Source: Rebecca billardiae RCC1528
Taxonomy: Eukaryota; Protista; Haptophyta
NCBI GenBank assembly: GCA_965240325.2
Contig: OZ251223.1
Location: 930,001-994,000, forward strand
Direction: 5' to 3'
DNA: 64,000 nucleotides
Of this stretch, positions 20,001 through 28,513 are shown in pieces. The notes under the pieces are model-generated. The model saw only the letters and a program-made list of their open reading frames with translations. It made no database searches and was not told where the DNA came from. How positions within the stretch are numbered: position 1 is the first letter of the stretch; every line of letters begins with the position of its first letter. The translations under genes and the position numbers were made by a program.

Positions 20001-20016
20001 TGGTGACTGCTCATGA
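17005..20016 (+). CDS. SEL1-like repeat protein with MYND finger, copy B (22 canonical repeats, one with a 2-aa deletion)
   Basis: Same termini as copy A; 430 aa longer (12 x 36 minus 2); open frame throughout. Confidence 0.93.
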   Translation: MASHDAGVRMLRRVAGRGDARATFLLARRTESGDGVARDVDEAHRLYAIAANRGFAQAQQRLGEICKAKQNWAEAARWYRLAAQQGDSAAQAQMGTLYARGEGVPQDWAEAARWYRLAAEQGNAAAQTSLGLCYERGEGVPQDIAEAARLYRLTAEQGYAAAQNKLGWCYERGEGVPQDMAGAVHLYRLAAEQGYTSAQYNLGWCYQRGEGVPQDLAEAVRLYRLAAEQGHAAAQTSLGLRYKRGEGVPQDMAEAVRLYRLAAEQGDPTAQSNLGVCYQRGEGVPQDTAEAVRFYRLAAEQSDAAAQYNLGLLYKRGEGVPQDWAEAARLYRLAAEQGNAAAQTKLGWCYERGEGVPQDLAEAARLYRLAAEQGDSIAQTNLGVFYKRGEGVPQDTAEAARLYRLAAEQGYAAAQNKLGWCYERGEGVPQDLAEAARLYRLAADQGDPTAQTNLGLLYNRGEGVPQDLAEAVRLYQLAADQGYASAQANLGWCYARGGGVPQDMAEAVRLYRLAAEQGDPAAQTKLGLLYNRGDGVPQDLAEAVRLYQLAADQGYASAQANLGWCYARGGGVPQDMAEAVRLYRLAAEQGYAAAQNKLGWCYERGEGVPQDLAEAVRLYRLAAEQGDAAAQTNLGLLYNRGEGVPQDKAEAARLYRLAAEQGYAAAQNNLGLLYKRGEGVPQDMAEAARLYRLAAEQGDAAAQNNLGVFYKRGEGVPQDKAEAVRLYRLAAEQGYAAAQNNLGLLYREGVPQDWAEAARLYRLAAEQGYAAAQYNLGVCYERGEGVPQDWAEAVRLYRLAAEQGNATAQCSLGVCYHLGEGVPQDMAEAVRLYRLAVEQGDSTAQYNLGECYEHGKGVPQDWAEAVRLYRLALDGGQPDAHSALARLLLAGGTVQRDVAEGVRLLRRGHELDGSVVDPSKVLGDYAGDGEVVAACCMVCAKSGRGVKKCERCLVAVFCCREHPRSAWKTHKPHCTEWRAAAAVMTTAANQQTETAADDRGDCS

Positions 20017-20034
20017 TGAGCTGCTACGTCTGCT

Positions 20035-20628
20035 ACCGTCCCGCCGGAAGCTCAAGAGCCCGGACGCACCGGGCTTCATCGGCCGAGCGGCGCTCGAGCG
20101 CGCACCTGAGGCCGGGCTGCGCCGCCGGCGTGCGCCGCCGACAGCCGTCGTTGAAAGTGTGCTTGACGCTCGACGACCCCGCCGTTGCGCTGCGCGGCCC
20201 TCTGGCGCGACGCTGTGGCGCGACGGCGTGTGCGCGGGCGTCGTGCGCCTCTGCGCGTACGGCCACACCATCGGCCGCTCGATCGCCTACGGGTACGTGC
20301 GCCGCGCCGCCGAGTCGGGAGCCGCGCGGCCGGACGAGTCCGCGTGCGATCGCTCTGGAGAGCGCGTCGCGCCGGAGTGGCTGCGCAGCGGCACGTGGCA
20401 GGTCGGCGACCGCGGCGCACGGCATGCCGCGACGCTGCACCTCAAGGCCCCGTTCGACCCGGACAACGTGCGCGTGCGCTGCGAGTACCTGCAGCCGCGC
20501 GCCGCCGGCGCGGCCGCGCTGTCGGAGCCGCAGCCGTCCACTGTGGCCGCTGGCGCCGTGCCGTCGCCAAGGTCGTCCCATCACTCATCAGCATCAGCAG
20601 GCATGCGTAGGCTTCGCAGTCCCAGCAA
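20035..20628 (+). pseudogene. Second duplicated 3' fragment of the SARDH-like gene
   Basis: Matches 15710-16292, with more substitutions and insertions near its 3' end. Confidence 0.85.
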
Positions 20629-20996
20629 TAATATATCGTGGCCCGCGGTGCAGGGCGGAGCGCGTAGCGTGGAGCCCCGCCGGGGGCCCTCACTGCGTTG
20701 TCAAAAAGATCTTTTGATCAAAGAAAAGGGGACGGGGGACGATTTTGAGGGCTGTTGGAGGGTGAATTTTCGCTTTTTCGAGGGGTACACCGTCGTACAT
20801 TGCTGTCTATCCGCAAGAAGCGATTGACGAAATAAGCGCGCCCGCCAATTCGCCGTATGTCGATGGACGGACGTGGGATCAGATACCCGGGGGTGAAACA
20901 AGTGAGTATTCCTATCCCTCTTGTATGCTGAAGTACGAGTTTGCCGAGCGACGTTTGATTGTTTTGGGTCGAATTAACAGCTATGAGGCCAGATCG

Positions 20997-21222
20997 ATTC
21001 TTTTGAATAGTGCTTGTTCAAATACGTTACCCGCCTGTCTCGAAGGATGAACCGCCTCGTCATATCAAAAGAGATTCTTTATTTTAATAGCGCTTGTCCA
21101 ACCAAGTTACCCGCCTGCCTCGATGGATGAACCTCCTGTGTCATAATGAAGGGATTGTTTTGAATGGCGCTTGTTGAACCAAGTTACCCGTCTGTCTCGA
21201 TGGATGAACCTCCTGTGCCATA
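20997..21222. repeat. Three degenerate ~78-80-bp tandem repeats within an AT-richer island
   Basis: Core GCTTGTyvAAxxxGTTACCCGyCTGyCTCGAwGGATGAACC recurs near 21012, 21092 and 21169. Confidence 0.8.
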
Positions 21223-21269
21223 TGGGGGTAATGAAAGAAAAACTTCGGGTTACCCGCCCGCCAGCGTCT

Positions 21270-22620
21270 CGCGACGAGGAGGACGACGTGCCCAGCGGCA
21301 AGCGCGCACATAATATCATCGCCGTCGGCGGGCCCATCTTCGGCCGGCTCGAGCTGATGCACATCACGACGCTCAAGCAGGCGCTGTCCGTACCGACGTT
21401 GGCGCGCCTCCAGCGGATGGTCGACAAAGCACACGTGGGCGAAGGAGGACCACAATCATGGCCGAGTCATCGGAGACGTCGCTGACCTCGCGGCTTCAAA
21501 CCGAACCGCTCAGCCGGTTGCCACCGCGGCCGAGCGGTGCGCGCTCGCCACCGCGGCCGGCGCTGTGCACGGGCGTGCTGAGCCCGGGCCGCGTGAGCTC
21601 GCCCACCTCGCCCGGCGCGCACGCCGACGCCGCCACCGCGGCTCGGCGGCCGGACTAATCTCGGGCGGCGCGTGCGTCCCCCCGGCCGGCGCGCGCCGCC
21701 GTCGCCGCCGCGCAGGCCGTGCACTCGGTGGATGAGGAGACGGCCCTGCTGCGCGCGGAGCGCTGCGCGCCACGCGCTGCTCCTGCTGCGGCGCGCAGCA
21801 GTCCGCTCGTCCGCCCCGCGGGCTCGCCACGGAGCCGACGAGCGCGATGACGACAATCGAATGAGCACGTGCGCGTGGATGGAGGCGCTGGGCGCCGAGC
21901 TGGCGAAGCGCGGCGCCGAGCTCGACGCGCTGCACGACGCGGCGACGGACGCGCTGGGCGCGCGCGGCGCCCTCGTCGCGACGCCCCGCGCAGCAGATCG
22001 AGCAGCCAGCTGTGGAGTAGACGGCCGTCGACTCGAGGGCGCCACCGCGCCGGGTGAGTGAGCACACACGGGCTCCGCGCCTCGGTCGGAGGCTGGCTGG
22101 CCGCCGCCGTGGCTTCGAGGCCGACGCGGCGGAGGAGGCGGCGGGCGAGCACGGTGGCGTGGTAGAGCAGGCGCGCACGCGCGGCGGCAGGCGCGACCCG
22201 CCGCTCGCCTCGTTCCACCCCGAGCTCCGCTCGGTCTCGCCTCTCGGTGCGCGGCTGCGCAGCGCCGTGAGTGAGTGAGCGCAGGCTGGGCGGGTGGGGC
22301 CAGCAGTGGTGCGCGCTCTGACTCTGCCGGCACGAGGCGCGCCGGCTGAGCGACCAGCGGCCCGTCGTCGAGCGCATGGCGCAGCGCGAGCACCTCAAGA
22401 GTTGACTCAAGGCAGGTGCGCCCGCACGCCCGCACGCGCCGGCCCGCGCCGCGCGGCGCCTCTCGGAGTTCTCGCTCGCCCAGTGCGCGCGCCGGCGCCG
22501 CCCCCGGCCGGGCCGCTTCTTCGCGCGGCCCGCGGCGACAGTCCTCATCGGCCCGCCATGTTGACCAGACTGAGACAGCAGCCGACGGAGGGTGCACCGC
22601 GGGCCCCTAACTACGTTGGT
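21270..22620 (+). pseudogene. Decayed coding-like fragments, no intact gene
   Basis: Short stretches with host codon bias (e.g. GRLELMHITTLKQAL; WMEALGAELAKRGAELDALHDAA; QRPVVERMAQREHLKS*) interrupted by stops and frameshifts. Confidence 0.35.
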
Positions 22621-22757
22621 TCTACGGAAGGACCGCGGAACGCGGTCCTATCAATTAATATGGTAGTAGTATTAAATCAGTCAGCTTGAGACCGTCAGGA
22701 TGACTTGACGCGACTCTGACTCAGTCATTGCGCGGGTCGTTGACGTTGGCAACGTGG

Positions 22758-25469
22758 TCACGCGCCGACGACGGGATAGCAGTCGGACGGGCGCAGCTTG
22801 GCGGGCGGCGCGTCGCTCGGCGTGGGCTGCAGCGGCATGCGCCGGTTGTGCGCCGGCCCGACCGCCGTCAGTCTGCGCTCCTGCCCGAACGTGTGCCCGC
22901 CGCGCCCGATCGGCGCGTGCGCGTCCGGCCGCTGCGCGCGCGTGAACGAGTGCGCGCGCGGCACGAAGCCGCTCACCGGGCCTGCCGGCCGCTTGGCGGC
23001 GCGCGGCCCGCGCGCCGGCCGCGCGCCGCCGCCGTCCGCCGCGCCGCCGCGCCTCGGCGCCTTGGCCAGCACGCGGTACAGCACGAGCTGGTCGTGCTTG
23101 GCGCAGCACACGACCAGCGGGTCCGGGTGGTGCCGCCGGCAGCAGAAGCCATCGTGCGCCTCGCCGCAGCACAGGGTCGCGGCGGGCTGCACGGGGCGCG
23201 CGGCGGGCGCGCGCGCCGGCGCGTCGCGAGCGAGGCCGCCAGGCACCGCCGCGGGCGCGGCCAGAGGCCGATGGCCGCCCAGGTGGTGGGAGAGGTGGCC
23301 GGAGGGTGTAGCGCGCGGCGCGCCGCTGCCGAACGCTGGGGCGCGCAGCCGCGGCGACGGCGGCTGCACCAGCGTCGACGCGTCGTCCACGCCGTGCGCG
23401 CGCGCAGAGCCGCCTCCGGCTGCGGCGGCGCCGCCGGGCGGCAGCTGAGCCCCCGCCTCGACAGCGGCTGCGCCCGCGCGCGTGTCGCGCAGCAGCCGCG
23501 CGGCCTGGCGGGGCGGCGCAGCTGCGTGCCGCGCGCCCGCGTGCCTCGGCCCGCCGGCTGGCGCCCCGCTGGCCGCATCGGCCTCAGCGGGCGTGGCGGC
23601 GTTGCGCGCCTCGTCGGCGCCAGCGGCAAGTGCGTCGTGTGCCCCACCCCGCGCGCCGCCGAGCGCGCTCGTCGCCGCCCCCGTCTCCGCCGCCTCCTCA
23701 TCCTCCTCGCCCTCCGCGATCGAAGCCAGGGGCACGCCTGTCACGCGCAGCCCGCGCCTGCGCACGCGCCACGCGGCGGCCGCCGCTCGGCGCGCGGCGG
23801 CCGCCGCAGCCGCCGCCTTTCCCCGCTGCTGCTGCTCGGCAGCCGGGGCCGCGGGCGGAGGCGCGGGCGGAGGCGCGGGCGGAGGCGCGCGCGCGGGCGC
23901 GAGCGCCGCGCCGGCGGCCAGAGGCGCCGGGCGTGCGCCGCCCGCCGCGTCGGCGCCGCGGACGGCGCCCGCGGGCCGCGTGGCGGCATCGGGCCTGGCG
24001 GCATCGGCAGCGGCCGTCAGCGCCGCCTCGCGCGCGGCCCTCGCCGCCTCCTTGGAGCGCGGGCTGGCCTCATCCTCGGCGCGGTCATCGGGTGATGACG
24101 CGTGCGCCGCGGGCGCGGGCAGTGAGTCGTAGTCCTCGAGAGCGGCGGTGAGCCTTGCGAGCGCGGCCGCGGCGCGCGGGGCGTGCGCGGCTGCGGGGAA
24201 CGGCTTGGTGCGTGCGGCCGAGGCCGCGCCCGCGGGCTCGGTGGGCTCGGCGCCGCCCTCGGTGCCCTGAGCCTCCTCCGGCTGCGCCGAATCGACCGCC
24301 GCTCCCGAGCCCGCGCCCTCAAGCGCATACCCGTAAGTATCAAACGCATCAGCGTCGGCACCGGCCGCGCCGCGCTCGGCCGCGCCGCCGCGCGCCGCCT
24401 GCGCCGCCGCAGCGTCGGCGGCGGCACGCACCTCGGCGAGCAGCGCCACGGCGCGCTCGCGCTCGCGCGCGCTCGCGAGCCGCGCGAGCCGCGCCGAGAT
24501 CGCGATCTCGTGCGCACGCAGCTCCTCGAGCAACGCGTCGGGCGGAGGCTCGGCTCCGGGGTCTCCGGGCGCGCGCGCCGCCGGGCGCAGCGGCGCGTCG
24601 CGCGGCGAGAGCGCGTGCGCGGGCTCGCCGCGCGCGCGCGCGGCGATGCGCTCGCGCGCGAGCTTGCGCGCGTGCGCGCCCAGCCTACGCTCCAGGGCCT
24701 GCACCGCGGCGCGCGTGCGCGCGTCGCCGGCCGCGGCCGCGAGCGCGGCTGGCGGCACGCGCCGCGCGCGCTCGGCGTCTTCGGCCATCTTGGCGCGGCC
24801 GCGCGCGCGGACGCGCTCGCGCTCGGCGTCGCGCTGCGCCGTGCGCGCGCCTTCCGCCCCCTCGCCGCCGTCGTGCTGCTCCGCCGCCGCCGCGGCCGCC
24901 AACGAGAGGGCGGCCTGATCGAGCGATGCCACGCGCGCCGCGGCGACGGCCGCGTCGGCAGCGTCGGCGGCCGCGGGCAGGGCGTCCTCCCACGCGCGGC
25001 GCACGGCAAGCCGCTCGCTCTCCAGCCGCGCCGCCTCGGCCGCCGCCTCGGCCTCCGCCTCGCGGCGGTGGCGGGCGCGCGCGGCATGAGCCCTCTCCTC
25101 TCCGGCGAACGAGCGACGAGCCTCGTCGCGCCGGCGGCGGAGCGCCTCAGCCGCGGCGCGCGCGTCCTCGTCGGACGGCGCAGCGTCTGACGTCCACGCA
25201 GACGCGGGCAGCGCGCCGCGCCCCGCCGCGTGGTGCGCCATCGTCCCGGACGCGCTCGCGCGCGGCGTCGTGCCAAACGTGGGCGGCGGAGGCCGCGGCG
25301 CCGCGGCCGCGGGCGAGGCGTGGGGAGCACGGCGCGCGCGCACGCGCTCAGCGGCGAGCTGCCGCGTCGATCGCATCATGGCGGCCGCGTCCCGCGTGCC
25401 CGCCGGGTCGACATCGCCCTCGAAGACCACGTCCACCGGCGGCGCCCACTCGAAGGTGATGCCCGCCAT
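22758..25469 (-). CDS. Hypothetical Ala/Glu/Arg-rich coiled-coil protein with a C-terminal Cys/His cluster
   Basis: Long ORF from ATG 25469 (MAGITFEWAPPVDVVFEGD); helical low-complexity body; LCCGEAHDGFCCRRHHPDPLVVCCAKHD motif; head-to-head with the next gene. Confidence 0.6.
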   Translation of the reverse strand: MAGITFEWAPPVDVVFEGDVDPAGTRDAAAMMRSTRQLAAERVRARRAPHASPAAAAPRPPPPTFGTTPRASASGTMAHHAAGRGALPASAWTSDAAPSDEDARAAAEALRRRRDEARRSFAGEERAHAARARHRREAEAEAAAEAARLESERLAVRRAWEDALPAAADAADAAVAAARVASLDQAALSLAAAAAAEQHDGGEGAEGARTAQRDAERERVRARGRAKMAEDAERARRVPPAALAAAAGDARTRAAVQALERRLGAHARKLARERIAARARGEPAHALSPRDAPLRPAARAPGDPGAEPPPDALLEELRAHEIAISARLARLASARERERAVALLAEVRAAADAAAAQAARGGAAERGAAGADADAFDTYGYALEGAGSGAAVDSAQPEEAQGTEGGAEPTEPAGAASAARTKPFPAAAHAPRAAAALARLTAALEDYDSLPAPAAHASSPDDRAEDEASPRSKEAARAAREAALTAAADAARPDAATRPAGAVRGADAAGGARPAPLAAGAALAPARAPPPAPPPAPPPAAPAAEQQQRGKAAAAAAAARRAAAAAWRVRRRGLRVTGVPLASIAEGEEDEEAAETGAATSALGGARGGAHDALAAGADEARNAATPAEADAASGAPAGGPRHAGARHAAAPPRQAARLLRDTRAGAAAVEAGAQLPPGGAAAAGGGSARAHGVDDASTLVQPPSPRLRAPAFGSGAPRATPSGHLSHHLGGHRPLAAPAAVPGGLARDAPARAPAARPVQPAATLCCGEAHDGFCCRRHHPDPLVVCCAKHDQLVLYRVLAKAPRRGGAADGGGARPARGPRAAKRPAGPVSGFVPRAHSFTRAQRPDAHAPIGRGGHTFGQERRLTAVGPAHNRRMPLQPTPSDAPPAKLRPSDCYPVVGA

Positions 25470-25665
25470 CCGCCTGGCCGTGTTCGAACTTCCCAACTGC
25501 CGATCAAGCGCCGATGACGCCAGCAAAATGATCACATGCAGCGGGGCGGCTCCGGATTCGGCCCGGTCCGAGTCCGGAGGCATTGAAAACTCAAAAATCA
25601 AAAAGCGCTCTGCTGATTTCTTTGCTGCTGCGTGTGCGCGACTGCGCGTGTCGGCGTGCGCAGCG

Positions 25666-27029
25666 ATGCCGGGTGTTCGGCAGACGACGAACGTGGGAAG
25701 TGGGCCGCGCGCGCAGGGGCGCGCAGTGCAGGCGTTCCAGGGGCTGCGGCACAGGACGCTCGTGCCGTACGAGTACATCCTCGTCGCCACCATCGTCCTC
25801 CTCTCCTCCGTGCTTCTGCTGCAGGATCGGGAGACGCGGACGTACCGCGTGCTCGGCCGGCCGGCGTCGGCGGACGCGCTGCGGCGCGTGCTCGGCGCGC
25901 GCGGGTGGACGGAGCTCTCGATCGCGAGCACCAAGGCGCCCACGCTCGTGTGGGCCGACGCGCTCGGCGCGCGACGGCACGAGGCCGACGCGCGGCGCGG
26001 CAAGGCCAGCTTCGCGCTGCCGACGAGCGCACACGAACGGCTCAACTCGATCGCGGAGTTTCCCCGCCTCGAGGACGGCGCGGTGCTGTGCGAGGTGCTG
26101 CGCGTGCAGGGCGTCGCGCCGCTCACGCCCGAGTGCTACGCCCTGCCCGACGACGCGGCCGCGCTCGAGCACGCGCTCGCGCACGCGAGCGCCCGCCGCC
26201 GCCGCTGGTGGCAGCCGCCATGGCTGTGGTCGCCGTGGCGGCAGTTGCGCGGCGGCGGCGGCGGCGGCGCGGCTGCGCGCGAGCGGGCCCCCGCGGCGTG
26301 GGTGCACGTCCGCGGGGCGGACGCGCGCAAGCCGACGCGGCGGCGTGGCGCGGCGGGCGCGACGCCGCTCGACGCGCTCCCCGTGCTCGCCACCGACGCA
26401 CAAGTCTCCGCCCTGGCAACGGAGCTCGGCAGAGCGGCGGAGGCCGAGGCCGCGGGCGCGGGCGCCGACGGCTCGGCCGGCGGCGGCGGCGGCACGGGCG
26501 GCCTCGGCCGAGGCGGCGCGGCGGGCGGGGGCGGCGCGGCCTCCCCTCCGCCGCGCGACCTCGTGCAGCGCCCCGTCCCGACCGCCCTCCTCCTCGGCGG
26601 CTCCGCGCCCGTCACACTCCGCGTGTACATCGTGCTGCCAGCACTGTCGCCGCTGCGCGCGTTCGTGCACGGTGTTTCTGAGCTGCTGCTGCTCGCGCCG
26701 CGCGGCGCGCGGGGCGAGGCGGACGGGGCGCTCGGCCACGCCGAACGCGGCCCGTGCGGCGGCCGCGGCGCCCACCGCCGCGCCAGTGCAGCCGGGATGG
26801 CGTGCGCGGACGAGCAAGGCGGTGCTTTCAGCGCGCCCGCCGCGCGCACTGACGTGCTAGAGCGCGGCGCGGCGCTCGGCGCCGAGGCGACCGCGCTGTC
26901 GCCCGCGGTGCTTGCGCACCTGTGCGGGGCCGGCGCTGCCGTGGAGGCCGCGCACGAGGGCTGCGCCGCGCTCCTCGGCCCGCCATTCGACGGCGCGGCC
27001 GCGCCGTCACGGCGCGGCGGCGGCGGCAG

Positions 27030-27063
<34 letters not shown>

Positions 27064-27222
27064 CGCAGCGCCGCGCCCGCGCCCACAGTCGTGTCTGCGC
27101 TCGAGTCGATCGAGCTGCCGTCGCTCGGGCTTCCGCCGGAGCTGGCGGCGACGCTCACCACGCGCGTGCGGGAGGTGGCGGCGCACGCGGCCGTCGCGTT
27201 CGCGCGCGCGGCGCGCGCCCGC

Positions 27223-27256
<34 letters not shown>

Positions 27257-28218
27257 GCAACTTGCCGACAGGCGAGAGTGTGCAGGCGCAGGCCGCGGCC
27301 AGCGCCGCCGAGGGTGCGAGCCAGCAGCCCCCTCGCGCGCACGGCGCGCGCAGCGGCGTGAGCCGCGGGCGCAGCGGCCGCTTCCAGCTGATCTCGCTCG
27401 ATCTGGCCCTCACGCTCGGCGGCAGCGGCAGCGCCGACGCCGCCGCGGCTCCGACCGGCGGCAGCTGCGCCGGCGCACGGCTGCACAACGCCACGTCAAC
27501 ACGCGCGGAGGTGCGGGTGTGTGCCCCGGAGGCCCGCGGCGCCGCTGCCCTCGTGCTCGGCGGCTCGACCGACCCTGCGCTGCCCTCCGGCTCGGAGGCG
27601 CACGACGCCGCGGCCGAGCTCATCCTCTCCGACCTGCTCAACCTGACAGGCGCCGCGCTCCACCCGTCACAGCGGCGGTTACGCTCCGAGCTGCTGGCTG
27701 ACTATCGGCGCAGCCTGGCGGTGCGCCAACCGCCGCCGCCGCGCGGGCGCGCGCGCGCAGAGTCGGCGGGGCAGGCGGGCGGCGCGTCGTCGCGCGGGCA
27801 GCAGCGCCGGCACGCGCGGCCCGGCGTGCTCGGGAGCAGCAGCAGCAGGCGCGGCGTTCAGCCCGCCCCCCGCGGCAGGCGCGCCGGCGGCAGGGGCGCC
27901 GGCAGCGGCGATGAGAGCGGCGGCAGCGCGCGCGACAGCTCGCACGGCTGCACTTACGCGTGGCGCGCTCGGCGCGCGCACCCGGCCGACGAGAACGCGC
28001 CGCCGCCGCCGCCGAGCGCGTGCATGAGCGAGGCTGACCTTGCCCTCGTCGTGGGCGCAGAGGTGGAGCACGCGTGGCGGCACGCTTGGCAGCGGCTGGA
28101 CGTCGGCGAGGCCGCGCGCGCGCAGCACGCCGCCGCCGGGGCCGAGGCGGCGCCACGCGCGAGAGAGGACGAGCTGCTCGACGAGTTTGCCACTCGATGG
28201 CTCGCGCGCGGGCCCTAG
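25666..28218 (+). CDS. Degenerate tubulin-tyrosine-ligase (TTL/ATP-grasp)-like protein with an N-terminal membrane anchor
   Basis: TM segment YILVATIVLLSSVLLL; TTL-like blocks RLNSIAEFPRL, TPECYALP, LVQRPV..LLLG..VTLRVYIVL...PLRAFVH, FQLISLDLAL and DPAL...ILSDLLNL separated by Gly/Ala/Pro insertions. Confidence 0.55.
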
Positions 28219-28513
28219 CACGGCGAACCTCGATCACGACGCCAGCACCCGAGCGGTAGATATGACGATGATGCTGTCGAACTCGCCGCCACTCCGTCCG
28301 TGATGCGTGACCCGGTGACCGCTGGCACCCGAGCCGCTCTGCCGGTCCTGGACCTGGCCGCGGCCTGGTGCCCAGCACAGGCAGCAGCCCCGAGGCGGGA
28401 CGGCCCGAGGCCCCAACTCCCGAGGCCGAGCCCGGGCGAGCCGCCCGGCCCTGACTGACGACAGTGACGGATTTATTGGCCGGCAATATACGACAGCAGG
28501 AGTAGAATCAGCA

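Larger units (their letters stand above)
12693..20628 (+). repeat. Tandem segmental duplication: unit 1 12693-15709, unit 2 15710-20034, partial unit 3 20035-20628 (each begins with the SARDH 3' end; units 1 and 2 continue through a spacer and a SEL1-MYND gene)
   Basis: The SARDH tail sequence recurs at 12693, 15710 and 20035; spacer 13250-13969 recurs at 16295-17004. Confidence 0.93.
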
